Positions 47,556 to 58,514 of a stretch of 64,000 nt of DNA are shown here, piece by piece. Both the position numbers and the translations under genes were made by a program. Positions within the stretch are counted from its first letter, which is position 1. Every line of letters starts with the position of its first letter. Under the pieces are notes generated by a model. It was not told the origin of the DNA, searched no databases, and saw nothing but the letters and a program-made list of their open reading frames with translations. This DNA is from Nanobdellota archaeon (GTDB taxonomy: Archaea > Nanobdellota > Nanobdellia > Pacearchaeales > GW2011-AR1), in contig JBBSXC010000004.1 of assembly GCA_038045945.1 (NCBI GenBank), positions 224,001-288,000 on the forward strand, read 5' to 3'.

Positions 47556-50500
47556 ATGGGGAAGACTGACTTAGTTAGAAGTGCGACCGCAGATTTGGAA
47601 AACCATAAAGAGATTTCTAAGAATAATTTAGCACAAGTCAGACAAAAAATTAGCGATCTAAAAAACAAAGTTTTGAATCGTGAAATGAGTTACGCCCAGT
47701 ATGAATGGGAACTAGCTGTAAAGCATGGTGAACGAAACTTATCAGAATGGCACGACTTCTACTCTGAATACTTAGGGAAAGCCATAAGAATTGAAGAACA
47801 AAAAAGAAAGAAAGAAAAAATAAAAAGAACACTAGCAATGATTCTAGCATTATTCTTAGGATCTCTAATAATAATTGCAGCATTAAACTTTGCTCCAAGA
47901 ATCATCGGGCTGGTAACTTTAGGTGATAACGAAAGCACAACACAAGCATTCGTAGAAAACATCGATATGCAATTCAATAATAGTAAAGAAATAACTTGGA
48001 CTCCGCAAAACAAAGGACAACTAACAGGAATAAAATTCTACGGAAATTACAATGGAAAATCATCATTCAAAATATTCTTAGACGAAAAAATAATAGTTGA
48101 TAGCAAAAAACTACTTGAAACAAAAACAAACAACAAGAACGCACCAATCACAGCATTCGCTGTGGGAATTGATAATCCACAAGAAGGAACGGATTCACAA
48201 TCAGCTGAAGCTGGTACTAACAGTCCACAAGAAGGAACGGAGAGTTCTACCCAAATACCTGAAGACTTAGTCAGTCTTCCCCAACAGAACTCTCCGACCT
48301 TCGGGATACCTGAAAACACCCCATCACAAAACGCCTCAAACGGCACATCATTCTCAAACGGAGAGGGCTCTGTAACCCAAATACCTGAAGACTTAGTCGG
48401 TCTTCCCCAACAGAGCCCCTCCTTTGAAATCAGGTTTTCAGAAGAATGCACGGACAATTGTAACCTAACTGCAGAAAACTTAAAAAAAGAATCTTACAAA
48501 ATAAGAGTAGAATTCGAAAACGAAATAGAAAACAATTTGTTACTTGAACAAGCATTCTACACAATAATTCAAAGCGATGAACAAACAACAACTTCCTCTC
48601 AAACAACAAATAATCAATCAAGAGGAAGAAGCTTCAGCCTACAAGCAAGCGGATCAAACTACACCGTTTTCAGTCCTATAAACCAAACTTATTCTGGAAC
48701 AAACAGGACCGTCTTCAATGTGTCTAGTGACGGGACCTTATTATCATGCGACTTATATCTTGATGCAGAAATAGGTAATAACGTTACTGGACCATACTTA
48801 GGATACACTAGGAACCTGAGAGTACTTTACCACTTTAACAACAAATCATTATTCGGAGAAAACGAAACTTACTATTATGATTACAGTGAAAACAACAATA
48901 ATGCAACAACAACAGGCTCTCCTAACGCCTCGGTAATTGATTCTGGAAAAATTATGGGCGGATACGACTCTAATGGTGCAGCAGCCCCAGCTTACTCTTA
49001 CGCTAATTCAACTAGAGGACTAAATATTTCTAATACTAGCGGCTTCACAATAATGTTTTGGTTAAAAGCAAGAGACACAGTAAACCCTTCAAGCTCGCAA
49101 GGAATACTAGTTAGTGATGGATTCTCACCCTCCAGGCCTACTGATGGTTTCTACATTGAAGAACAAGACGCTGGAGGAAACACATACCAATTAAGATACA
49201 AACTAGGAGGGATATCTAATGAAGAAACATACACTACGGCAATTAATTCTAACTGGCATCACATAACAATAAGATATTCTGACCCGATAACAAACGGGAC
49301 TAACAGTTTATTCGTTGACGGACTAAACGTTTACAACGGGACTGCAGGATATCCTAACATATCAATAAATAACAACTTAATTATTGGAACAGACCATTTA
49401 TTCTCAAACACGTTAAACGGTACTATTGACGAAGTAGCAATATGGAATGAGAGCCTAAGCGATAGCGACATCTTTACCATTAAAAGAGTTCAGTCAACAC
49501 CAACAGCCTTAATATCACAAAATTCTAGCTTACAATCATTCACAAACTCTAGCATGACTATCAGAGCTCACTACGCTTGGTTTTTGTGCAGAGATAATGG
49601 CGGGGGGCCACCAGTTGAAGACTATAACATTGCACCAGTATACTTCACCCTAGTACCTAAAGACATGCAAGTAAGAATTAACGAACCTGCCAATGGAGCT
49701 GCTTATAACAACTCATTTGTTAATTTCAACGTTACAACAGGTGAAGACGGATGGGTATATTTCTCTCTTGATGGGGGGATAAATAATGTTTCAATGCAAA
49801 AAAATCCTAATGTTATCGGAACAGACTTCAACTACACTAACGGATCAATAGCTGACGGACAATACCTAATGAACGTTTACTCTAACGACACTAACGGCAC
49901 AAGCGACGACAGAAATAACCTAACATTCATAATTGACACAATTTACCCAAACATTAACTTCACTAATCCAACACCTATAAATGATACTTTACAAATAGCA
50001 AACAATTTTATTATTAATCTAAGCTCTAATGATTCTAACAACCACTCAATAATCCTTGACATTAATAACTCATTATACTTATGGTTAAGGTTTAACAATT
50101 CAGGTGACACTAACGATTATTCTTCATTTGGGCCAAGATCTCCAAGCATTAACGGAACAACATTTAGCAAAGAAAGAATTAGGGGAGGAGCCTTTGACTT
50201 TAACGGTGGTAACGACCTAATAAGAATATCCTCCTTCGAACCAATTGATCAATCAAGAACAATAAGCTTTTGGATTAAAGGAAGAACGCCAACAAAAAAC
50301 GTTACCATAATAGAAAAATATAACAGTTCTATTCCTGGGTTATACCCTTTCTCATTCAAAGGATACGCCGGACTTAACTATACTAACTTCTCAATAACTG
50401 GAACAGTTGCAGGTAACATCTCAATAATAAGCTCTAACATTTTCGACAACCAATGGCACCAAGTAGTTGGGGTAGTAAACACTGGAGTTGTCCCAACGTC

Positions 50501-53500
50501 TATGGAATTATACGTTGACAGCTTAATCAGAGGTAACATAAGCGGAATTATTGGTTCATCTGAAAACAGCCAAGACTTATTCATAGGTAACGATGCTGTT
50601 CTTAACCAAAGCATTAACGCTAGCCTTGACGAAATAACAATATTTGCTAGAGCTCTTGGTAGCGCAGAAATTAATGCTTCTTACAACGCAAAAAACAACC
50701 AATACATAAAAAACTTCTCTTTTGAAGACGGAACATTCTACTACAAAGCTTACGCGCAAGACGCAGCAGGAAACATAAACACGAGCGAAACAAGAAAAAT
50801 AACAATTGATAGTACGGCACCAATAATTACTGTTAATCTCCCGCTCAACCAAACTTATATCACATCAACAATTCCTTTTAATTTCACAACTAACGAAAAC
50901 GCTGTCTGCATTCTAAGTGTTGATTCTGGACTAACTAATTATTCTATGCAAGCAAACGGTCAACGAGACTTTAACAGAACACTAACAAGCGTTGCTGACG
51001 GTTCTTACAACGTTTTTGCATACTGTAATGACTCTTTAGGTAATTTAAGACTTAACAGCAGCAGATGGTTCAGCGTTGACAGTAACGTTGCTCCAGCAGT
51101 AACTATCAATTTACCATTAAACAAAACTTATAACCAATCAATAGTAAACTTCAACGTCACAACTGACGAAGTAGCATCATGCTTTTACACTCTTAACAGC
51201 GGATTAACAAATTATTCTATGCAAAGAAACGGCAACACAGACTTTAACCACACTAACAGTTCTATCGCTGATGGTGCTTATTACGCAAGATTTTATTGTA
51301 ACGACACTAGTAACAAAATAAATGATTCCGCAACCCTTAACGTTTCATTCTCAATTGACTGGACAACACCTAGTATTAATTTCACTAATCCTACTCCATC
51401 GAATAATTCTTTCTTAAGACAAAACAACATTTTTGTTAATGTATCTCACTCTGACACTCCTGGTGATTACCAAGTTGTTCTTGACTTTAACCGTTCACTT
51501 GTTGCATGGTTCAGATTTGGTAACGAAACTGGTGAAAATCACACTCACATTCGTGATTGGAGCTCCTGGCAAAACAACGCTACTGCTAACACAACTACTC
51601 TATATAATGAATCTGGTAAGTTTGGCGGAGCTAGACAAATTAATGCTACTGAAGGTTTCATTAAAATACCTTATAATGAATCTATAAAACCATCAAACCA
51701 GTACTCTCTTAGTTTATGGCTTTACCCTACTAGTGATCCTGGATTCTTCGCTGTTTACTCTTCTGTTTATGCTTTAAGTGTTGTTGATAACAAAATAAGA
51801 GTTGGTTGGGGTTCTGGTAGTGGAGATCAAGCAATTCTTACTGGTGCTGGAAACTTAACTATGGGTCAATGGACTCATGTTACTCTTGTTAGGTCTAACC
51901 AATCAACTATTTCTTTATTTAGAAACGGTGTTTTAGTCGCTACTAACACAACTCTAACATCTATCACTATACCTAACTCTAACATAACATTTGGTTCTGA
52001 CGGGTCTCTAGGTAACGCTTACCGTGGTCTTATTGATGAAGCTATGATTTTCCAAAGAGCTATTAACGAAACAGAAATTAAAAACTTGTACGACTCTAGA
52101 ACGCAAAACTTTTCTGTTAACTTCACAAGCCTAACAGACGGCAACTACTCAATTCAAGCTTACACTCAAGACGTAGTTGGACACATAAACAACACAGAAA
52201 AAAGAATAATAGTGCTGGACACAACAGCACCAACAATAACGATTAACAGTCCTTTAAACCAGACGTATGGTACAAATAAAATTAATTTTAATATTACTAC
52301 TAATGAGAATTCGAGTTGTTCCTACAGCCTTAACGGTGGCGTAACAAATTACTCTATGGTTAAGAATGGTATCACTGATTTTAACAGAACCCACAGTGGA
52401 TTATCTAACGGTGCTTATAATTTTTCAGCATATTGTAATGATAGTTTAATAAATTCTAGAATTGGTTCAGTATCTTTTTCTGTAGACTTCTCGCAAGTTT
52501 CTTCTTGTGGTAATCTTAATGTACCAGGGAGAACCTATGATGTTATTAATGATATTAGTTCTGATGGCGTCTGCATAGAAATTTCCGCGAGTAATATAAC
52601 TCTTAATGGCTTAGGTTATCAGATATTTCACTCTGAAAATCCTTCTGCTGAGCTAAAGGACTGTATAGGTATTAACATTACGGGGGCTTATAATAATATT
52701 CTTATTAAAAATACCCTCATTACTGGCGATTCAGCAATTGAGGGGACTTGTTCTAATGGGCTCGGTATCGCCGTTTCTAGCTCGCTTTCATCAAACATAT
52801 CTATTATAAACAATACTATTGCTGAAGTTACAGAGTTTTCAACAGGGATTAGTATCCCTGCACATGACTATTTTATCCAGAATAACACTATCCAATTGAC
52901 TCAGGGCGGAGTTGCGATTTTAGCATATGCCGGTAATTCTTCTATATCTGGAAATATTATTGGGCCTTCAATTGGCGCTCCATTGGCGAGCTATCCTGGA
53001 TTAACTGGGATAAATATTCGAGGAAATAACCATTTAATAAAAAATAATACTATCAACTTGAGAGATGACGAGGCAGTCTTGTTTAGATCTACTGGAATTA
53101 AAGTAACCAGTGGTAGCTATATAAACATAACAAATAATACCGTGTCAAATCTCTACTATGATTATAATCCCCATCGTGCAATTGAGATAACTAATATTAT
53201 TAATTCAAACATATCTGGGAATAAACTTAGGGGGATAGTTGAGGTAGTTAACTCCTCTGATAATTTAATTGTCCATAATATCATTAATACTAGCTGGCAA
53301 AACTTTATAGTAACATTTGGAACAAATGCAAACAATTCAAATACTGAGATAAGAAGTAATATACTCCTTAGAGAGGATTCTAATAAGTCTTTTGAGATTA
53401 CTAACGCTGGAAATGGGACAAAATTTATTGATCAAAAAATTTATAATTACAGCTTTAATAAATCCGTGGGGAATTTAATTTATCTTGAAAATACCTCCTC

Positions 53501-55175
53501 TGGGAGTATAATGTTTTTAAGGGAAGTTAATGGTTCTGGTAAAAATCTCTCTTTAGAAATTCAAATTCTTAACAACACTGCCCTGATTAATTCAACAATT
53601 AATCCCGGTCTAAATAGAAGCGCAAATATAACTTTTTACAATATGCAAGGATGGGGCTTTGTTAGCCCTGTAATTATGAGGAATGGGGTAGACTGTCAAA
53701 CTAGTGGATATTGCATAAACTTAACCTCCCTCACAGCAAACATAGTAATATTCAATGTAAGTGGAGAGGGCTTATACAATCTGAGTGACACAAATGTCGG
53801 TCCATCAATATCCTTTGTATCAAACATCTCACCGCAAACGATAACAGAAGCAGGAGTAACTAAGGCAACATTCAACTTCACAGTAAACGATGTAAATGGG
53901 TACGCAGACGTAATCATAGTAAAGGCAAATTTTACAAACGGAACAATATTAAGAAGCAACGAAACATGTGAAGCATCAGGGATAATCAACAGCACCGCAA
54001 GAAATTACAATTGCACAATAGGAATATGGTACTTCGACTCAGCAGGAACCTGGAATGTAACTGTATACGCACGTGATTCTGTAAGTAACATAGCACAAAA
54101 CACTACAACAAGCTTCTCATTAGCACAAACAGCAGCATTCATCATATATCCAAACGGCACTACTGGAGGAACATCATTCACATTCTCTGGAATAAACCCA
54201 GGAGAAACAAACAAAACACCAACAAATAACCCACTAACACTAAACAACACGGGAAACCAACCAATAAATTCAGGAATAAGCATAAACGCAACAAACCTAG
54301 TAGGAGAAACAAATAACTTGTACTCACTATACGCAGGAAACTTCACAGTAGGAATAAACACAGGGGGCTCACCACTACTAGAATGCGGAGGAACAGGAAG
54401 TTCAAGAATGACAAGATCAGTATACACAGAAATAATAGGAGCAACACTACCAGTAGGAAATCTAAGTGCAGGCGGAGGAGCAGCACAAGAACAACTATAC
54501 ATATGCCTAACAAAAGCAGGAAACGAAATATCGGAGCAGGCATACTCCACAACAGGGCCAAGCTCAACAGGAGCATGGACAATAAAAATACTAGTAGCAT
54601 TACTAACAATACCAAGAAAAAGAAAACTAAAGAAAGACAGAATGGTAAGAGCATTATCACTAATATACGAAGAATTAAGAGAAGAATACGACCAAGAAAC
54701 ATCAGAATTAGCAAACAAAGTACTAAAACAAGTAAAAGAAAGAACAAGACTAAACAACAAACAAATATACGAAATAACAGGAGCAAGAACAAGAATAGAA
54801 ATACCAATAAACATATTCACAAAAGAAATAGGGGGACTAGAAGCAATAAGCAAATACCTAAAAGAAAACCTAAAAATGAGCTACGCAGAAATAGGAATAG
54901 CAATAAACAGAAACGAAAAGACAATATGGAACGCATACGCAAAAGCAAGAGAAAAGAAAGCAGAACCATACATAACAGAAGAATCAAAAATAAAGATACC
55001 AATAGAAGAACTAAAGACAGAAAAACTAACAATACTAGAAGCAATAATAACAAACCTAAAGAAACAAGGACTAAAATACGCAGAAATAAGCAGATTACTA
55101 GAAAGAGACCAAAGAAACATAAGAACAATAGAGAAAAACGCAGAGAAGAAGATGAACGATTTTAATAAGAATTAA
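47556..55175 (+). CDS. Giant surface protein (2539 aa): N-terminal TM, three LamG-like domains, Ig-like repeats, beta-helix, shared ~270-aa module, C-terminal tandem HTH
   Basis: LamG patterns (FTIMFW..NWHH..GTIDEVAIWN; WHQVVG..LDEITIF; WTHV..GLIDEAMIF), IDxxxP Ig repeats, I.NN.I repeats, SYAEI..NRNEKTIW and KYAEI..ERDQRNI. Confidence 0.85.
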   Translation: MGKTDLVRSATADLENHKEISKNNLAQVRQKISDLKNKVLNREMSYAQYEWELAVKHGERNLSEWHDFYSEYLGKAIRIEEQKRKKEKIKRTLAMILALFLGSLIIIAALNFAPRIIGLVTLGDNESTTQAFVENIDMQFNNSKEITWTPQNKGQLTGIKFYGNYNGKSSFKIFLDEKIIVDSKKLLETKTNNKNAPITAFAVGIDNPQEGTDSQSAEAGTNSPQEGTESSTQIPEDLVSLPQQNSPTFGIPENTPSQNASNGTSFSNGEGSVTQIPEDLVGLPQQSPSFEIRFSEECTDNCNLTAENLKKESYKIRVEFENEIENNLLLEQAFYTIIQSDEQTTTSSQTTNNQSRGRSFSLQASGSNYTVFSPINQTYSGTNRTVFNVSSDGTLLSCDLYLDAEIGNNVTGPYLGYTRNLRVLYHFNNKSLFGENETYYYDYSENNNNATTTGSPNASVIDSGKIMGGYDSNGAAAPAYSYANSTRGLNISNTSGFTIMFWLKARDTVNPSSSQGILVSDGFSPSRPTDGFYIEEQDAGGNTYQLRYKLGGISNEETYTTAINSNWHHITIRYSDPITNGTNSLFVDGLNVYNGTAGYPNISINNNLIIGTDHLFSNTLNGTIDEVAIWNESLSDSDIFTIKRVQSTPTALISQNSSLQSFTNSSMTIRAHYAWFLCRDNGGGPPVEDYNIAPVYFTLVPKDMQVRINEPANGAAYNNSFVNFNVTTGEDGWVYFSLDGGINNVSMQKNPNVIGTDFNYTNGSIADGQYLMNVYSNDTNGTSDDRNNLTFIIDTIYPNINFTNPTPINDTLQIANNFIINLSSNDSNNHSIILDINNSLYLWLRFNNSGDTNDYSSFGPRSPSINGTTFSKERIRGGAFDFNGGNDLIRISSFEPIDQSRTISFWIKGRTPTKNVTIIEKYNSSIPGLYPFSFKGYAGLNYTNFSITGTVAGNISIISSNIFDNQWHQVVGVVNTGVVPTSMELYVDSLIRGNISGIIGSSENSQDLFIGNDAVLNQSINASLDEITIFARALGSAEINASYNAKNNQYIKNFSFEDGTFYYKAYAQDAAGNINTSETRKITIDSTAPIITVNLPLNQTYITSTIPFNFTTNENAVCILSVDSGLTNYSMQANGQRDFNRTLTSVADGSYNVFAYCNDSLGNLRLNSSRWFSVDSNVAPAVTINLPLNKTYNQSIVNFNVTTDEVASCFYTLNSGLTNYSMQRNGNTDFNHTNSSIADGAYYARFYCNDTSNKINDSATLNVSFSIDWTTPSINFTNPTPSNNSFLRQNNIFVNVSHSDTPGDYQVVLDFNRSLVAWFRFGNETGENHTHIRDWSSWQNNATANTTTLYNESGKFGGARQINATEGFIKIPYNESIKPSNQYSLSLWLYPTSDPGFFAVYSSVYALSVVDNKIRVGWGSGSGDQAILTGAGNLTMGQWTHVTLVRSNQSTISLFRNGVLVATNTTLTSITIPNSNITFGSDGSLGNAYRGLIDEAMIFQRAINETEIKNLYDSRTQNFSVNFTSLTDGNYSIQAYTQDVVGHINNTEKRIIVLDTTAPTITINSPLNQTYGTNKINFNITTNENSSCSYSLNGGVTNYSMVKNGITDFNRTHSGLSNGAYNFSAYCNDSLINSRIGSVSFSVDFSQVSSCGNLNVPGRTYDVINDISSDGVCIEISASNITLNGLGYQIFHSENPSAELKDCIGINITGAYNNILIKNTLITGDSAIEGTCSNGLGIAVSSSLSSNISIINNTIAEVTEFSTGISIPAHDYFIQNNTIQLTQGGVAILAYAGNSSISGNIIGPSIGAPLASYPGLTGINIRGNNHLIKNNTINLRDDEAVLFRSTGIKVTSGSYINITNNTVSNLYYDYNPHRAIEITNIINSNISGNKLRGIVEVVNSSDNLIVHNIINTSWQNFIVTFGTNANNSNTEIRSNILLREDSNKSFEITNAGNGTKFIDQKIYNYSFNKSVGNLIYLENTSSGSIMFLREVNGSGKNLSLEIQILNNTALINSTINPGLNRSANITFYNMQGWGFVSPVIMRNGVDCQTSGYCINLTSLTANIVIFNVSGEGLYNLSDTNVGPSISFVSNISPQTITEAGVTKATFNFTVNDVNGYADVIIVKANFTNGTILRSNETCEASGIINSTARNYNCTIGIWYFDSAGTWNVTVYARDSVSNIAQNTTTSFSLAQTAAFIIYPNGTTGGTSFTFSGINPGETNKTPTNNPLTLNNTGNQPINSGISINATNLVGETNNLYSLYAGNFTVGINTGGSPLLECGGTGSSRMTRSVYTEIIGATLPVGNLSAGGGAAQEQLYICLTKAGNEISEQAYSTTGPSSTGAWTIKILVALLTIPRKRKLKKDRMVRALSLIYEELREEYDQETSELANKVLKQVKERTRLNNKQIYEITGARTRIEIPINIFTKEIGGLEAISKYLKENLKMSYAEIGIAINRNEKTIWNAYAKAREKKAEPYITEESKIKIPIEELKTEKLTILEAIITNLKKQGLKYAEISRLLERDQRNIRTIEKNAEKKMNDFNKN
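48249..48414 (+). repeat. Intragenic 40-nt direct repeat (48249-48288 and 48375-48414, 1 mismatch)
   Basis: Encodes TQIPEDLV[S/G]LPQQ twice; an 18-nt repeat also occurs at 48176-48193 and 48224-48241. Confidence 0.9.
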
Positions 55176-55792
55176 GACTTATTTTCTAAATCTCTGAAAA
55201 GCCTGTAGTTTAGAGCTCTTCTAAAATTAATATAAGACTCATCCAGATAAATATTTTGAACAATTTTATATCTTTCTGATTCTGGACCGTTTGCTAATTC
55301 TTCAAGTCTTAAATATCCTTCAAGATTCTGATTATAAAAATCATTAAACCCGGAAGATCCGCCAAAGACTTTCATGAATCCCTGATCAATGTCTCTTTTT
55401 CCTAAGTTTTCTGGGAATATTTCGTTAGCCCTCTTTCTGACTCCTGAAACAAATCTATGTATCTTTCCGAAAGCCAATGAATACGGTCTCAAAAATTCAA
55501 TCTCCTCTCTTGAAAGAACTTTAGAACTAAAAACAAGACCCATCTGATTAAAAGACCCTGAAAAATATAATTCTGCAGCTTTTATCTCTGCTTCTTTACT
55601 AACGATCTCTAAATTTGAGAGGACTTTAACTCTAAAATCTGCTGGAAATTTCTCGCTCTTTACAAGATTCTTTAAAATTTTTTTGGCATCCTCAAAATCA
55701 GAATCGTTATAATTATCTCTCATTCTATTAGTGTACCATCTATCAAGCTCTTCTAAAACGTATTCTCTAGACTTTATTGGGCTGGTTAACAT
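55172..55792 (-). CDS. Hypothetical protein
   Basis: 206-aa ORF, atypical composition. Confidence 0.6.
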   Translation of the reverse strand: MLTSPIKSREYVLEELDRWYTNRMRDNYNDSDFEDAKKILKNLVKSEKFPADFRVKVLSNLEIVSKEAEIKAAELYFSGSFNQMGLVFSSKVLSREEIEFLRPYSLAFGKIHRFVSGVRKRANEIFPENLGKRDIDQGFMKVFGGSSGFNDFYNQNLEGYLRLEELANGPESERYKIVQNIYLDESYINFRRALNYRLFRDLENKS

Positions 55793-55891
55793 AAAATAAC
55801 GAGGATATTAATGTTTTTAAACGTTAGTATTGTAACCCCTGTTTAGTGATTATAACATAAGATTTAAAAGGTTGTAGATGTTATCTATTTT

Positions 55892-58375
55892 ATGCAAAAA
55901 AGAACATATGTGCTTACCGTAGTAACAGTTTACATCGTTGTTATTGCCTTCTTAAACACCGCATCTGATTCTAGCAATAATGTTAATAACTATCTAAATA
56001 GGGTTGGTCCTAAAATTTCAAATTACCCTTACTTAAGTGTTACTCAGCTAGAATCTGGCTGGACACTAAAGAAGGGCGATAACTATGTTGAACTGCCTGA
56101 AATACTGGTCCGGAAGAAGATACCTTTGACAAACTTGATAAAGGGAGAAGTAAAGAAAAATATGGTCTCTATTGACCCTGCTTATCCTTCTAGCTCTTTA
56201 AAGATGGTCAAACTTAATGATGCTTATTATTCCTCAAAGACTAAAAATAATAAGTATCTTGTTTATCCTATAGTTAATATTAGAATGAAAAAAGATACAA
56301 CCTTGAAATATTCCACAAGATTTGACAAAAAGGATAAGGATTATTATAGATTAAAATTGCTAAAAGGGATAAATCATGTGAGCCTTGGAAGCAAAGAATT
56401 TTTAGGAACTCCATACCTTTCATTTTTGGGAAAGTCAGCGAAAGATATAGTAGCAGTATATGACGGAGACAGGGTGTGGAGGCTGCCGCCAGATTGGAAG
56501 TATCAGTTAATAAAGAAACAATTTCCTAAAGAAGACATAATAAAAAATCAACAGATTTGGATTGAAACAAAAGGTAACTCTCTAATAGAAATAAAGTGGC
56601 CATCAACTAATAGTCAGATAGAAACAGTGCCTGTACCAATAAATAATTTAGAGGATCTAAAATCTCTGGCTCAAGGATTAAAAGTGGAAAATGCAAGTAT
56701 AAAAATTGAAGGATTCAAAGATAATTTCAATTTTGGTCAGAAAATAACGGATTTTTATAAAAAAATCACAAAAAATGATGTGAACTTTTTGGGAAATAAA
56801 ATAGTAATCGACGGTAAGAATTTCACATATAAAGAAGAAATAAGCCTGGAAAAATTAGGGGAGTCTGGAAGATGGGTCTATTCAACTGATGATTACACAG
56901 ATGAAGCTGGAAACTACCTCTTATTCAAGAAAGAAGACCACTTATTTGATTACAGGTTAGAATTTGAAAAACCTCTAGTCATTTCAATAGAAGAAAAAAA
57001 TGGTAGACTATCTGATCTAAACAGGAAAATAATAACTCTGGCAGGAAAAGAATATCTGATCTATGATGCCTTAAAAAATAAAGATGGCCAAATTGAGATT
57101 ACGCTTGTAGGAAGTAACTATGGTAAACCTTTCAAAATGAAGATGGTTGATAATCCGCAAGATGAGAATTATAGCTCGGAAGTTCTAGTTGACGGTGTAA
57201 ACCTTAATTTAGGGAACATAAAGATAACCGGAAGTTTTAACCAAGGCTCGAAATTTACTCTAGAATCAATTGATTATTATGCAACAATAAACCAAAAGAA
57301 AGACTTGTTTATTAGACCTGGGGAGCTACCATCAAACCCTCTACAAGGCGAGAATAACTATGGGGGTGGTTACCTCACCTATGAATTAGAAGATAAGAAT
57401 AATCTCCCTGAATCTGCAGCTATAGCCTATTATCTGGGGATAGATTATTCCTTTGATCTTAAGTCAGCAAAGGAATTGTACTCTCTAGGTGCTGAAACTT
57501 ATGTTTCTTATGATCTATCAGAGTATTCTGATAATTCCGAACCATCTGAGTCGGTATATTTTGGGTTTGTTGGGGAAGTATTTGATCCATTGATCTATGG
57601 GTCTTCAGATGGGAAGTTTTTAAAAGAAGGTAACAAAAAACTCGTAATCTCTGAAGGATCTTTTGATTCTCAGGATCCTTCAAGGGGTAATTATAACATA
57701 GAAAAAAATGATCAGATCCTGCTAAATTTTCCCTATGAAGCAAAGTCAAAGAACCTGAGTTTAGTTCTGACTTACATAGGGAATAAATCTCTCCCTATAC
57801 CTAACAGTGCGAGTTTAATAAAAACTGTAGAATTTGAGAGTTGGAAGGGTGGGAGGAAATTTTATTTTGCTATTTACTCGCCTGTTGATGGATCATTCGA
57901 TTTAGATATAAACGGAAGGAAACTTCATGGGTATATAGACCTTAATGATGGGTCAATTATGGCAGATATTAACTTTGACGGAATTATTGGTGGAGAACAC
58001 AAAAATGCTATCTTCATAAACAATAAAACGAGAATTGGTCTGTCTGGTTTTGAAGAGATTAATGATAAAGAAATGAGTTTAACTGCAAAAATTTCTAAAG
58101 ATCAAATTGAATCTCAAAAAGAAGAAGAAATAGGCATTTACACAAGAATAGCTGATGGAAAGCTAAAAATCGGGTTTAATGAAGAATTTTTAGGATTAAT
58201 AAAGGATAATATTGATGGTGGATGGAGGGCTTCTGGTATGAATGAATACGGTTGTTACATAGAATTTACTGAAGTCGCTGAAAAGGATCCATACGAACTT
58301 GATACTACACAATTTGCGTCATTCTATTGCCCAAGAAGTCAGGCATACGCAGATGTTTATCTTACATTTAACTAA
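55892..58375 (+). CDS. Secreted or anchored beta-rich protein, possibly S-layer-related
   Basis: N-terminal hydrophobic anchor; acidic/aromatic beta-rich body (FDYRLEFEKPL, ITLAGKEYLI); atypical codon usage. Confidence 0.55.
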   Translation: MQKRTYVLTVVTVYIVVIAFLNTASDSSNNVNNYLNRVGPKISNYPYLSVTQLESGWTLKKGDNYVELPEILVRKKIPLTNLIKGEVKKNMVSIDPAYPSSSLKMVKLNDAYYSSKTKNNKYLVYPIVNIRMKKDTTLKYSTRFDKKDKDYYRLKLLKGINHVSLGSKEFLGTPYLSFLGKSAKDIVAVYDGDRVWRLPPDWKYQLIKKQFPKEDIIKNQQIWIETKGNSLIEIKWPSTNSQIETVPVPINNLEDLKSLAQGLKVENASIKIEGFKDNFNFGQKITDFYKKITKNDVNFLGNKIVIDGKNFTYKEEISLEKLGESGRWVYSTDDYTDEAGNYLLFKKEDHLFDYRLEFEKPLVISIEEKNGRLSDLNRKIITLAGKEYLIYDALKNKDGQIEITLVGSNYGKPFKMKMVDNPQDENYSSEVLVDGVNLNLGNIKITGSFNQGSKFTLESIDYYATINQKKDLFIRPGELPSNPLQGENNYGGGYLTYELEDKNNLPESAAIAYYLGIDYSFDLKSAKELYSLGAETYVSYDLSEYSDNSEPSESVYFGFVGEVFDPLIYGSSDGKFLKEGNKKLVISEGSFDSQDPSRGNYNIEKNDQILLNFPYEAKSKNLSLVLTYIGNKSLPIPNSASLIKTVEFESWKGGRKFYFAIYSPVDGSFDLDINGRKLHGYIDLNDGSIMADINFDGIIGGEHKNAIFINNKTRIGLSGFEEINDKEMSLTAKISKDQIESQKEEEIGIYTRIADGKLKIGFNEEFLGLIKDNIDGGWRASGMNEYGCYIEFTEVAEKDPYELDTTQFASFYCPRSQAYADVYLTFN

Positions 58376-58514
58376 AGCGAATAATATTTCCCCATTAATC
58401 TTTTATGTTCTTTTTGTTGGGATAATCAACGGTTCGGTGAGGTAGGGGTAAAAACATAGAATAATTCTGAAGAAAACTTTAAGTATCAAACTCTGCTTCT
58501 ACAATTGATAAAAA

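Noticed and set aside
48249-48414. Hairpin-containing 40-nt repeat as a mini CRISPR array
   Set aside because: Only two copies, an 86-nt gap, in-frame spacing within a CDS and no cas genes in the window.
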